Source: Macrostomum lignano
Taxonomy: Eukaryota
Length of the DNA stretch: 41,254 nucleotides
Direction: 5' to 3'
NCBI GenBank assembly: GCA_002269645.1
Contig: NIVC01004588.1
Coordinates: forward strand, 39,833-81,086
Part shown: positions 13,801 to 23,905 of the stretch, piece after piece
Numbering within the stretch: the first letter of the stretch is position 1
How the letters are laid out: the number at the start of each line of letters is the position of its first letter
Notes under the pieces: generated by a model
The model's database searches: none
Told to the model about the DNA's origin: nothing
What the model saw: only the letters and a program-made list of their open reading frames with translations
Position numbers and translations under genes: made by a program

Positions 13801-16800
13801 GGCCCCAATGTACACCCAAACTCTCAACCCCAATGTACATGTACACCCAAACTCTCAGCCCCAATGTACACCCAAACTCTCAGCCCCAATGCACACCCAA
13901 ACTCTCAGCCCCAATGTACACCCAAACTCTCAGCCCCAATGTACACCCAAACTCTCAGCCCCAATGTACACCCAAACTCTTAGCCCCAATGTACACCCAA
14001 ACTCTCAGCCCCAATGTACACCCAAACTCTCAGCCCCAATGTACACCCAAACTCTCAGCCCCAATGTACACCCAAACTCTCAGCCCCAATGTACACCCAA
14101 ACTCTCAGCCCCAATGTACACCCAAACCTTCACCCGCCGCATTCCGCAGGCCAGCAGTCCAGACGAAGTGGCCCTAGTCTCGTGGACCGCTAGCGTTGGC
14201 CTAACATTGGCCCATCGAGACCAAAGCAGCATGCGTCTGCGAGCCGATAACGGAGCTGAACTCAACTACACTGTGCTCCATCTGTTTCCATTCAGCAGCG
14301 AATCGAAACGGATGGGTATCATTGTGCGCGACGATCGCACTGGCGAAATTGTATTCTACGCCAAAGGCGCCGATACTGTCATTGGAGCCGTGGTGCAACC
14401 TGTAGATTGGCTGGAAGAGGAGGTTGGCAACCTGGCTAGGGAGGGCCTGAGAACTCTGTTAGTCGCTAGGCGAGTGCTTCGGCCGGATTTCTACGAGGAT
14501 TGGAATAGGAAGTAAGTGCTTTGTGAGATAATGTTCCCTTTTGTTCTCTACTTGTGATCGGAATCGCCTTTAGTACTCGTAGCTTCATATGGGATCAGAT
14601 TGCCCTTCAGTTAATCTGTTGGGATCAGAATCCCCTATTATTCTTCAGTTGGAATCATAGTCCCCTATTATTCCTCAGTTGGGATCAGGATCCCCTATTA
14701 TACCTCAGTTGGGATCAGAATCCCCTCATGCTCACCAGTTGGGATCAGAATCCTCTATTATACCTCAGTTGGGATCAGAATCCCGTCATGCTCACCAGTT
14801 GGAATCGGAATCCTCTATTACTCCTCAGTTGGGATCGGAATCCCCTGTTATTTCTTAGTTTGGATCAAAATCCCCTGTTATTCCTCAGTTGGGATCAGAA
14901 TCCCCTGTTCTTCCTCAGTTGGGATCAGAATCCCCTATTGTTCCTCAGTTGGGATCAGAATCCCCTGTTATTCTTCAGTTGGGATCAGAATCCCCTGTTA
15001 TTCCTCAGTTAGGATCAGAATCCCCTGTTAATCACCAGTTGGGATCAGAATCCCCTCATGTTCACCAGTTAGAATCAGAATTCCCTCATGTTCACCAGTT
15101 AGGATCAGAATCCCCTCATGTTCACCAGTTGGAATCAGAATCCCCTCATGTTCACCAGTTGGGATCAGAATCCCCTCATGTTCACCAGTTGGGATCAGAA
15201 TCCCCTCATGTTCACCAGTTAGGATCAGAATCACCTCATGTTCACCAGTTGGGATCAGAATCCCCTCATGTTCACGAGTTGGGATCAGAATCGACAATCC
15301 CAAATGAAATCGCCCACTCCAGATACGAACAAGCCCGCCTAGCCATGGAGAACCGATCCGAGCGCGTTCAACAGGTTCAACAACTGCTAGACAATGGCCT
15401 GGAGTTGTTGTGCGTCACGGGTGTTGAAGATCGTCTGCAGACGGGCGTCAGGCCTACATTGGAAACGTTACGCAATGCTGGCGTTCGAGTCTGGATGCTG
15501 ACCGGCGACAAGCTTGAGACGGCTTGCTGCATCGCTAAGAGCTCTCGACTGGTTGATAAGTCATCCGGTCTGTACGTTTTCGAACCAGCGTCGGGTCGCA
15601 GCGCTGATTTGGATAAAGAGATTCGTATTATGGCTAGACGGGTTGAGGCTGGACAGGGCGTTGTCATTACTGGCCAGTATCTGCAGGTGAGACGGGGGGG
15701 TTAATGCATGAATTCTAAGAAACAGCACCTGTTCGTGAAATTTCAACAATATTAGGCTTGTCAGGCGCTACAAAAAGGCTTCCTTGGGGATAATTATGAG
15801 GCTTCCACATAGGCCAATATCAAAGCTTCCGCATAGCGCCAATATCAATCAAAGCTTCCACATAGCGGCAATATCAATCAAAGCTTCCGCATGGCGCCAA
15901 TATCAATCAAAGCTTCCGCATGGCGCCAATATCAATCAAAGCTTCCGCATAGCGCCAATATCAATCAAAGCTTCCGCATAGCGCCAATATCAATTAAAGC
16001 TTCCGCATGGCGCCAATATCAATCAAAGCTTCCGCAAGGCGCCAATATCAAAGCTTCCGCATAGCGCCAATATCAAAGCTTCCGCATAGCGCCAATATCA
16101 AAGCTTCCGCATAGCGCCAATATCAAAGCTTCCGCAAAGCGCCAATATCAAAGCTTCCGCATAGCGCCAATATCAAAGCTTCCGCATAGCGCCAATATCA
16201 AAGCTTCCGCAAAGCGCCAATATCAAAGCTTCCGCATAGCGCCAATATCAAAGATTCCGCATGGCGCCAATATCAATCAAAGCTTCCGCATGGCGCCAAT
16301 GTCAATCAAAGCTTCCGCATAGCGCCAATATCAATCAAAGCTTCCGCAAGGCGCCAATATCAAAGCTTCCGCATAGCGCCAATATCAAAGCTTCCGCATA
16401 GCGCCAATATCAATCAAAGCTTCCGCATGGCGCCAATATCAATCAAAGCTTCCGCATGGCGCCAATATCAATCAAAGCTTCCGCATAGCGCCAATATCAA
16501 AGCTTCCGCATAGCGCCAATATCAAAGCTTCCGCATGGCGCCAATATCAATCAAAGCTTCCGCATGGCGCCAATATCAATCAAAGCTTCCGCATAGCGCC
16601 AATATCAAAGCTTCCGCATAGCGCCAATATCAAAGCTTCCGCATGGCGCAAATATCAATCAAAGCTTCCGCATAGCGCCAATATCAATCAAAGCTTCCGC
16701 ATAGCGCCAATATCAATCAAAGCTTCCGCATGGCGCCAATATCAATCAAAGCTTCCGCATGGCGCCAATATCAATCAAAGCTTCCGCATGGCGCCAATAT

Positions 16801-19091
16801 CAAAGCTTCCGCATAGCGCCAATATCAAAGCTTCCGCATAGCTCCAATATCAAAGCTTCCGCATAGCGCCAATATCAAAGCTTCCGCACGCCTCTGACAC
16901 TTCCAGGCAGCCGTAGAGCAAGACGAGCGCCGGTTCATCCAGCTGGCCTGCCAAGCTCCCGCCGTTGTGGTCTGCCGCTGCTCTCCAACGCAAAAAGCCG
17001 AAGTCGTCCGCCTATTGAAGGAGCACACAGGCAAACGGTGCGCCGCTGTCGGCGACGGAGGCAACGATGTCGCCATGATTCAGGCTGCCGACTGCGGACT
17101 AGGCATTGTTGGCAAGGAGGGCAAGCAGGCGTCTCTGGCTGCCGACTTTAGCATTCTGAGATTTCAACACGTGGCTAGATTGCTGCTTGTGAGTTGCTGC
17201 GCCTTTGGGGCTGTGTTTACCTAGTCTGCCTCTCCCTCCTTGTCTACCTCTCCCCTCTACCTGCCTACCTCTCCCTCTCTGTCTGCCTCTCCACTCCCTG
17301 TCTACCTGTCCTTCAGTCTGCCTTTCCTCTCCCTGCCTACCTCTCCTGCCTGTCTACCTCTCGTCTCCCTGTCTACCTCTCCTCTCCCTGTCTATGTATC
17401 ATCTTCCTGTCTACATATCCTTCTCTCCCTGGCTACCTCTCCTATTTTTGTCTACAATTTTTATCCCTGCCAACATCTGAATCCTCAGTATCGCTTTAAC
17501 CCCTGTCAGGTGCACGGCCGTCAATGCTACAAGAACACGGCCATATTGGCTCAGTTCATTGTTCACCGCGGCCTAATTATCTCCACAATGCAAGCCGTAT
17601 TCTCTGCCGTATTCTTCTACGTGGCGATCAGCCTGTTTCCCGGAATATTGATGATCGGCTACGCCACGGTGTTCACCATGTTCCCAGTGTTCTCCCTGGT
17701 GCTGGACAAGGATGTGGCCGATTCTACTGCCGAAAAATTTCCCGAATTATATCGGGATCTGTTGAAGGGACGAGAATTGTCCGCTAAAGTGTTCTTTATA
17801 TGGACCGCTATATCGCTTTATCAGGTGACTTTTTATGATTATGATTATTAGTGTTTAAGGTGTCTCAATGACCAAAAATACCCCTATAAGTGTCTTAGTG
17901 ACCCTTGTAGGTGTCTCAATGACCAGAAATACCCCTATAGGTGTCTCACTGACTAGAAATACCCTTGTAGGTGTCTCACTGACTAGAAATACCCCTGTAG
18001 GTGTCTCACTGACTAGAAATACCCCTGTAGGTGTCTCACTGACTAGAAATACCCCTATAGGTGTCTCACTGACTAGAAATACCCCTATAGGTGTCTCACT
18101 GACTAGAAATACCCCTATAGGTGTCTCACTGACTAGAAATACCCCTATAGGTGTCTCACTGACTAGAAATACCCCTGTAGGTGTCTCACTGACTAGAAAT
18201 ACCCCTGTAGGTGTCTCACTGACTAGAAATACCCCTATATGTGTCTCACTGACCAGAAATACCCCTGTAGGTGTCTCACTGACTAGAAATACCCCTGTAG
18301 GTGTCTCACTGACTAGAAATACCCCTGTAGGTGTCTCACTGACTAGAAATACCCCTGTAGGTGTCTCACTGACTAGAAATACCCCTGTAGGTGTCTCACT
18401 GACTAGAAATACCCCTGTAGGTGTCTCACTGACCAGAAATACCCCTGTAGGTGTCTCAATGACCAGAAATACCCCTGTAGATGTCTCACTGACCAGAAAT
18501 ACCCCTGTAGGTGTCTCACTGACCCAAGATACGTAATCCTATACGGTAGGCTTTGTCTAAATTGAATCATTCAAAGCGAGGTCTAAATTGGAAATTTCAG
18601 GGCGGCATCATAATGTACGGCTCCCTGTGGCTATTTGAAGGCTCATTCTTGCACGTGGTCAGCATCGCATTCACAGCCGTAGTGCTAACAGAGCTGATCA
18701 TGGTTGCTCTCACCATACGCACCTGGTGCTGGCAGATGGTATTAGCAGAATTTTTAAGCCTTACCTGCTACGTAACGGCAATGTTCGTACTGACTGAATA
18801 CTTTGGTAAGTTGTATTTATTATGCTATTCATTTGCTTTACTTTCTACTTTAGTTGAACAATTGCCAGTAGTCTCTTTGGTCTGAGAGAGAGAGAGAGAG
18901 AAATAAAATGAAGATATGGCAGCTTTAAACCATTTACCCCCCCTGCTCCGCCAGACCGAGCCTTCCTGTTAACGCTGGACTTCCTATGGAAGGTGCTGGC
19001 CATCACCAGCGTCAGTTCCATTCCGTTCTTCCTGCTGAAATTTGTTCGCTACCAGATGAGCCCGCCGATTGCTAGAAAATTGCAGGCGTAA
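1870..19091 (+). CDS. ATP9B: P4-type ATPase phospholipid flippase, ATP9A/ATP9B (Neo1/TAT-5) orthologue; 12 exons, 1106 aa. Exons: 1870-2033, 7367-7769, 8141-8446, 9998-10287, 11956-12121, 12789-13115, 14150-14511, 15323-15686, 16907-17188, 17510-17824, 18601-18805, 18955-19091
   Basis: All 11 introns are GT..AG with matching phases; the CDS is 3321 nt with no internal stop. Motifs: [35 protein letters not shown] (phospho-Asp), [60 protein letters not shown] and the C-terminal FLWKV...SPP. These match the ATP9 subfamily. The A versus B paralogue cannot be assigned. Exon 1 is supported by phase match (CG|A) rather than homology. Confidence 0.93.
2323..2875. mobile_element. Non-autonomous DNA transposon (MITE), hAT-like, in ATP9 intron 1
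   Basis: Perfect 17-bp TIR CCATAGTCAGGAAGGTG (2323-2339) / CACCTTCCTGACTATGG (2859-2875). Exact 8-bp TSD ATTCAGAG (2315-2322 and 2876-2883). Internal TGTGCGCC-like repeats in both arms; no transposase. Confidence 0.85.
3740..4600. repeat. TC-rich low-complexity tract
   Basis: About 860 bp of imperfect (TCTC/TCC)n; source of the Leu/Ser-rich spurious ORFs. Confidence 0.9.
6293..6386. repeat. 37-bp direct duplication (period 57)
   Basis: TGTAGA(T/G)AAAATAAGACTAAAAACTAGACTAACTACA at 6293-6329 and 6350-6386, 1 mismatch. Confidence 0.85.
7785..8085. repeat. Degenerate ~23-bp AT-rich minisatellite with TTTGGCGCCGAT core (ATP9 intron 2)
   Basis: Recurring TT(T/A)G(G/C)CGC(C/T)GAT cores separated by T/A runs. 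Confidence 0.8.
8490..9927. repeat. 23-bp minisatellite AATCGCCCTGTCAACCATAAAAG, ~60 copies (ATP9 intron 3)
   Basis: Period read directly; higher-order blocks are present. Confidence 0.97.
10712..11924. repeat. 23-bp minisatellite AC(A/G)CATGAAATTAGCGTCTCCTG, ~52 copies (ATP9 intron 4)
   Basis: Highly homogeneous; the main variants are GACAC/GACGC and ATGAA/ATGCA. Confidence 0.97.
12241..12707. repeat. 16-bp GC-rich minisatellite GGCGCCCCTTGCTTCT grading to GGCGCCACTTGGTGCT, ~29 copies (ATP9 intron 5)
   Basis: Period read directly; produces stop-free frames on both strands. Confidence 0.97.
13165..14127. repeat. 25-bp minisatellite C(A/G)GCCCCAATGTACACCCAAACTCT, ~38 copies (ATP9 intron 6)
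   Basis: Period read directly; ends ~22 nt before the exon 7 acceptor. Confidence 0.97.
14590..15291. repeat. 30-bp minisatellite GGGATCAGAATCCCCTGTTATTCCTCAGTT, ~23 copies (ATP9 intron 7)
   Basis: Column-aligned 30-bp period; each unit holds a GGGAT-caga-ATCCC mini-hairpin. Confidence 0.96.
15800..16888. repeat. 25/29-bp minisatellite AAGCTTCCGCAT(A/G)GCGCCAATATCA(ATCA), ~40 copies (ATP9 intron 8)
   Basis: Two unit lengths differing by an ATCA duplication; ends 18 nt before the exon 9 acceptor. Confidence 0.97.
17222..17445. repeat. Pyrimidine-rich low-complexity tract (ATP9 intron 9)
   Basis: Imperfect CTGTCTACCT/CTCTCC repeats. Confidence 0.8.
17858..18530. repeat. 30-bp minisatellite GTGTCTCACTGACTAGAAATACCCCT(G/A)TAG, ~22 copies (ATP9 intron 10)
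   Basis: Column-aligned 30-bp period. Confidence 0.97.
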
Positions 19092-20994
19092 AAATTATTT
19101 ATTTATTAATATATCCTATACTATTTTATTTGACATTAATATTATTACAGATCTTCTGGTTCGCTTTTTGGTGTACTTTTTTTCTATTTTTGCACAACTT
19201 TTTTTTTCAGAACAAATGAACATAACTATAACAAAAAGCTGTTGGATTATCTTCATTATTTATGATTATTTTACTTTGATCCGCTTGCTTGCACACGAGG
19301 TGGCATCTCTTTGATTTATTCATTTTTTTCTTCAGTTTTTCTGCTTTACTTATGCTGTCACAATTTTAGATAAGTCTACTCTACACAACATTGAAAGTAT
19401 AAAACAATTGTATGGGTATATAGAAATAAAAATTATATCGAACAAACCTTAGCAACACAATTGTTCAAGTTTGACACAAGAGACCCAAATAAAAAAGTTA
19501 TTGTGCTTATTTTTTCTGAACAAAAGTACTACATGTATTCATGACCGTAAGCTATTTGTTTTAATTGTCTTTATTTGTACTCGTTTCACATGGAAAAGTC
19601 ACAACTATTATAACAAACAAAATATTCAATTCGAATTTGCTTGTTATACTTTACTGTCCATTATTGTAGCCAATTTTTGAAATTCTTTATATTTTATGTA
19701 TATTGTGTTTATTTACATTGTAGCCTGACACAAGAACCTGTCTTAGAAGTCCTTTTATGAGACAACATTGTTTCTTGGGAAAATGTTACCTTATAATAAT
19801 TAGGGACAATGATTGAATGAACATTGCTGAAGTTTATAAAAAAACAAATATATTGATATTTGTGTGGAGAATAAATTCATAAGTTCGGGCATCACTCAGA
19901 CAATGTCACAAAATTTGTGCCACAATATAATATATTGACGAACTAATATCTTAGAAACGTATTTCTAAGATAGAACCGTATTAGAAACGTATTAATACTA
20001 ATCGCTAGTTGTCGATCATTTTGCATTGCTATATTGACTTGTAATATTCATTTTGCTTAAACCTTTCTGACTATCCACTACAAACTTTTCCCAGTTATTT
20101 TTCGCGGTGCAATAATTATAATAATAATATGTCGAATTATAATGATTCTTTTTTTATTTGACGAAAACTTCCACTTCCAGTCAAGTGTGTGTGCACACAG
20201 AGTGCAAGTGCAATTTTTGCAGGTGGTTGTATTAAATATATATATTGTTTTCTTTTACGGTTTCTGTATGTGCGCTTGTATAAATTAGTCTTTAAGTATA
20301 ATGCATGCATTCAGAGTGCAAGTACAATTTGGCTTATTAATATAAATATCTATCCATGCGCTTCCTGTCCTACTTATAGTTACGCAATATTTGGTAGTAG
20401 TGCTTTAGGACATAGCAGATATTTTTTCGAGTAACTAAACTTGCAAACTTGAAACATTGTTTCCCTTCGGGTTTGTGGCACACAACACAGAGCTATGAAT
20501 TATTTTTACGATTAAGTTTAATAACTTTTTTGAAGCTGGAAGACTATTTCTACCACTAAAGTGAATTCGATCCGATAAATCACTTACAAAGCTTGAGCTA
20601 CTACTGGAGTTTAAGTTTAACTACTACTGTTGCTACTCATTACGCTAAAATGTGATATTTGCGTCTTATGAAATATCCTAGATAATGTGTTACTCTTGAA
20701 AAAAAGAAATAACATGACGTACTCTGCAAGCAAGCTGCAAGAGTATGAACCAAACAAATCATTTTTATTTTTTTCATTTGCACTTTTTTCTTATTGATTT
20801 TTTTAGAAATACGGTTGGTTACTTTTAGGGTAGCTACTGTATACAAGGTAAATAACAACAAGATAAATTACTGAAAAATGTTTTCTTTTTAATTCGATTT
20901 TATTATTTTCCTTGTTAGAGTACCGCTGAATTGAAGGTTGAAGACTGAGATTGAAATTTTCTACCATGTTAAATGTGTAGATATAGATGTGTAA

Positions 20995-21245
20995 ATAGGA
21001 TTGGTCGGAGGGTCGGTGGTTCGATTCCCGATCCCACAGGAACAGGCTGTGCCATTGAGCAAAGCACTCAACTCTGCATTGCTTCAGTTCACCCAGCTGT
21101 AAAATGGGTGCCAGCATTAGCTGGGATATTTGAGGGTGTGTGTGGCGACCCCCCAGTCCTTAGACTGAACAGCCGTACGCAGCCTTCAGATGCGCCGCGC
21201 AATAGCTGCGGCTGAGCTGTCGGTTGCACATCTGGCCCAATTGTG
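20995..21245 (+). mobile_element. tRNA-derived SINE, copy A (5'-truncated or divergent head, CORE-like central domain)
   Basis: B-box GGTTCGATTCCC, then ACTCTGCATTGCTTCAGTTCACCCAGCTGTAAAATGGG and a ~100-bp tail nearly identical to 26948-27113. Confidence 0.85.
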
Positions 21246-21347
21246 ATAGGTGTAATCAAAAGGTAGCTACCAATGCAGACAGTAGAGTTGCTTGTCTGGT
21301 TGTTTTTTTTATTTTTAAAGTTCACATAACAAAATAACTTTTTGCAG

Positions 21348-21696
21348 CGGAACCGGTTTCGACTGGTCGGACCTGCTGTTGCCTCGGAGACGCCGGCAAA
21401 ACTACATGTCCAACTGGGTGTCAGGCAGCAATCGTGTTAAACAAATGCTATCTAACAGTTCTTCCTGTTTTTCGTCAAGTGCGGTGCCGGTTAACTACCG
21501 TGCACTTTTATCGCCCTGTTGGCCTAGTAAAAGCAAAAGCCGTTCGGCTACAGCTGATACTAGATGTGCAGAAGACTTGGAGTCCAGTCCATTGTTGTTT
21601 GAAGAGGCTGAGTCTTCCAGTAGTACACAATTGATGCAGAGACAGACCTGTGGTGCTAGTAGTCGCTCATTGAAGTTGGCACACTCGCAGACTTAA
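21348..21696 (+). CDS. Putative alternative terminal exon 13 of ATP9 (115-aa Ser/Arg-rich tail)
   Basis: Acceptor TTTTTGCAG at 21339-21347. The open frame GTGFDWSDLLLPRRRRQNY...AHSQT* is phase-compatible with the donor GC|GTAAAA at 19087/19088. The segment is GC-richer than its flanks, and AATAAA occurs ~200 bp downstream. No homology support. Confidence 0.5.
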
Positions 21697-22015
21697 ACGT
21701 TGATTGTCATGACATGCGTACTGTCTGCATTTTTATGTCGATCAAATTTGTAATCTAATCTAATCTAATCTGGATGATTCCTATTTGAAAATTTAGATGA
21801 ACATTTTTTCAACTATTACCTAGTCTTAAATGCTTTCACCGAAGCTGAAACATCGCTGCAGTTATTTTTTCTTTACATTGTAAACTCCATCAATCACGAA
21901 ATAAACTTCTGACGCAAATATGAAGCTTTTACTCGATGAAGCTTTTTCTTGTCGGATTTTGACGCGTGTGTATTCTAAATGCACTCAAAAGATTCCACTT
22001 TGATTTGGACCTTCG

Positions 22016-23722
22016 CCCCCAACCCCAGTCCCTCACTCAAATTAGAGCCCCCCCCCCCCTAACCCCAGTCCCTCAGTCAAATTAGAGCCCCCAACCCCAG
22101 TCCCTCAGACAAATTAGAGCCCCCCAACCCCAGTCCCTCAGTCAAATTAGAGCCCCCAACACCAACCCCAGTCCCTCAGTCAAATTAGAGCCCCCCTCCC
22201 AACCCCAGTCCCTCAGTCAAATTAGAGCCCCCAACACCAACCCCAGTCCCTCAGTCAAATTAGAGCCCCCAACACCAACCCCAGTCCCTCAGTCAAATTA
22301 GAGCCCCCAACACCAACCCCAGTCCCTCAGTCAAATTAGAGCCCCCCTCCCAACCCCAGTCCCTCAGTCAAATTAGAGCCCCCAACACCAACCCCAGTCC
22401 CTCAGTCAAATTAGAGCCCCCAACACCAACCCCAGTCCCTCAGACAAATTAGAGCCCCCCTCCCAACCCCAGTCCCTCAGTCAAATTAGAGCCCCCAACA
22501 CCAACCCCAGTCCCTCAGTCAAATTAGAGCCCCCCTCCCAACCCCAGTCCCTCAGTCAAATTAGAGCCCCCAACACCAACCCCAGTCCCTCAGTCAAATT
22601 AGAGCCCCCCTCCCAACCCCAGTCCCTCACTCAAATTAGAGCCCCCCTCCCAACCCCAATCCCTCACTCAAATTAGAGCCCCCCAACCCCAGTCCCTCAC
22701 TCAAATTAGAGCCCCCAACCCCAGTCCCTCACTCAAATTAGAGCCCCCCCTCCCAACCCCAGTCCCTCACTCAAATTAGAGCCCCCCAACCCCAGTCCCT
22801 CACTCAAATTAGAGCCCCCAACCCCAGTCCCTCACTCAAATTAGAGCCCCCCAACCCCAGTCCCTCACTCAAATTAGAGCCCCCCAACCCCAGTCCCTCA
22901 CTCAAATTAGAGCCCCCAACCCCAGTCCCTCACTCAAATTAGAGCCCCCCAACCCCAGTCCCTCACTCAAATTAGAGCCCCCCAACCCCAGTCCCTCACT
23001 CAAATTAGAGCCCCCCCTCCCAACCCCAGTCCCTCACTCAAATTAGAGCCCCCAACCCCAGTCCCTCACTCAAATTAGAGCCCCCCAACCCCAGTCCCTC
23101 ACTCAAATTAGAGCCCCCCAACCCCAGTCCCTCACTCAAATTAGAGCCCCCCAACCCCAGTCCCTCACTCAAATTAGAGCCCCCAACACCAACCCCAGTC
23201 CCTCAGTCAAATTAGAGCCCCCAACACCAACCCCAGTCCCTCAGTCAAATTAGAGCCCCCAACACCAACCCCAGTCCCTCAGTCAAATTAGAGCCCCCAA
23301 CACCAACCCCAGTCCCTCAGTCAAATTAGAGCCCCCAACACCAACCCCAGTCCCTCAGTCAAATTAGAGCCCCCAACACCAACCCCAGTCCCTCAGTCAA
23401 ATTAGAGCCCCCCCTCCCAACCCCAGTCCCTCACTCAAATTAGAGCCCCCCCTCCCAACCCCAGTCCCTTACTTAAATTAGAGCCCCCCAACCCCAGTCC
23501 CTCACTCAAATTAGAGCCCCCCAACCCCAGTCCCTCACTCAAATTAGAGCCCCCAACCCCAGTCCCTCACTCAAATTAGAGCCCCCCAACCCCAGTCCCT
23601 CACTCAAATTAGAGCCCCCAACCCCAGTCCCTCACTCAAATTAGAGCCCCCCAACCCCAGTCCCTCACTCAAATTAGAGCCCCCCAACCCCAGTCCCTCA
23701 CTCAAATTAGAGCCCCCCCCCA
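22016..23722. repeat. C-rich ~32-38-bp minisatellite AACCCCAGTCCCTCA(C/G)TCAAATTAGAGCCCCCC, ~49 copies, between ATP9 and COQ6
   Basis: Constant core with variable C-runs and CAACACC/CTCCC inserts arranged in blocks. Confidence 0.97.
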
Positions 23723-23905
23723 ACCAATTTAAGTTTAGTATGCGCTACTTTATATAAATAAACTGTAAGCAAGCTAGATAATTTAGAACAGGATCTGATG
23801 TTTGCAAATTCAGCCTAAGAGATATCACCTGAAAAGTTTGTCAAGCAGCAAGCACAATGTAATGCGTGCTCTTACAGTTAATCACCAAAAATTCTCAACA
23901 TCTTC

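Noticed and set aside
13129-14515. 447-aa and 314-aa ORFs appearing to fuse PNVH/MYTQ repeats to ATP9 exon 7
   Set aside because: The 25-bp unit lacks + strand stops. Retaining intron 6 (1034 nt) hits TAA 17 codons after exon 6, so the repeat cannot be translated as part of ATP9.
14889-15704. 271-aa ORF with LGSESP repeats running into exon 8
   Set aside because: Artefact of a 30-bp unit; exon 7 ends in phase 2, which is incompatible with this frame at the repeat CAG|TTG sites.
7785-16888. Shared GGCGCC core in the intron 2, 5 and 8 arrays as a common origin
   Set aside because: A 6-bp palindrome only; the rest of the units are unalignable.
17868-18536. 222-aa ([10 protein letters not shown])n ORF
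   Set aside because: Translation of the intron-10 array, out of frame with exon 10.
8490-23722. Minisatellite arrays as CRISPR arrays
   Set aside because: Units are head-to-tail with no unique spacers, there are no cas genes, and the context is eukaryotic introns.
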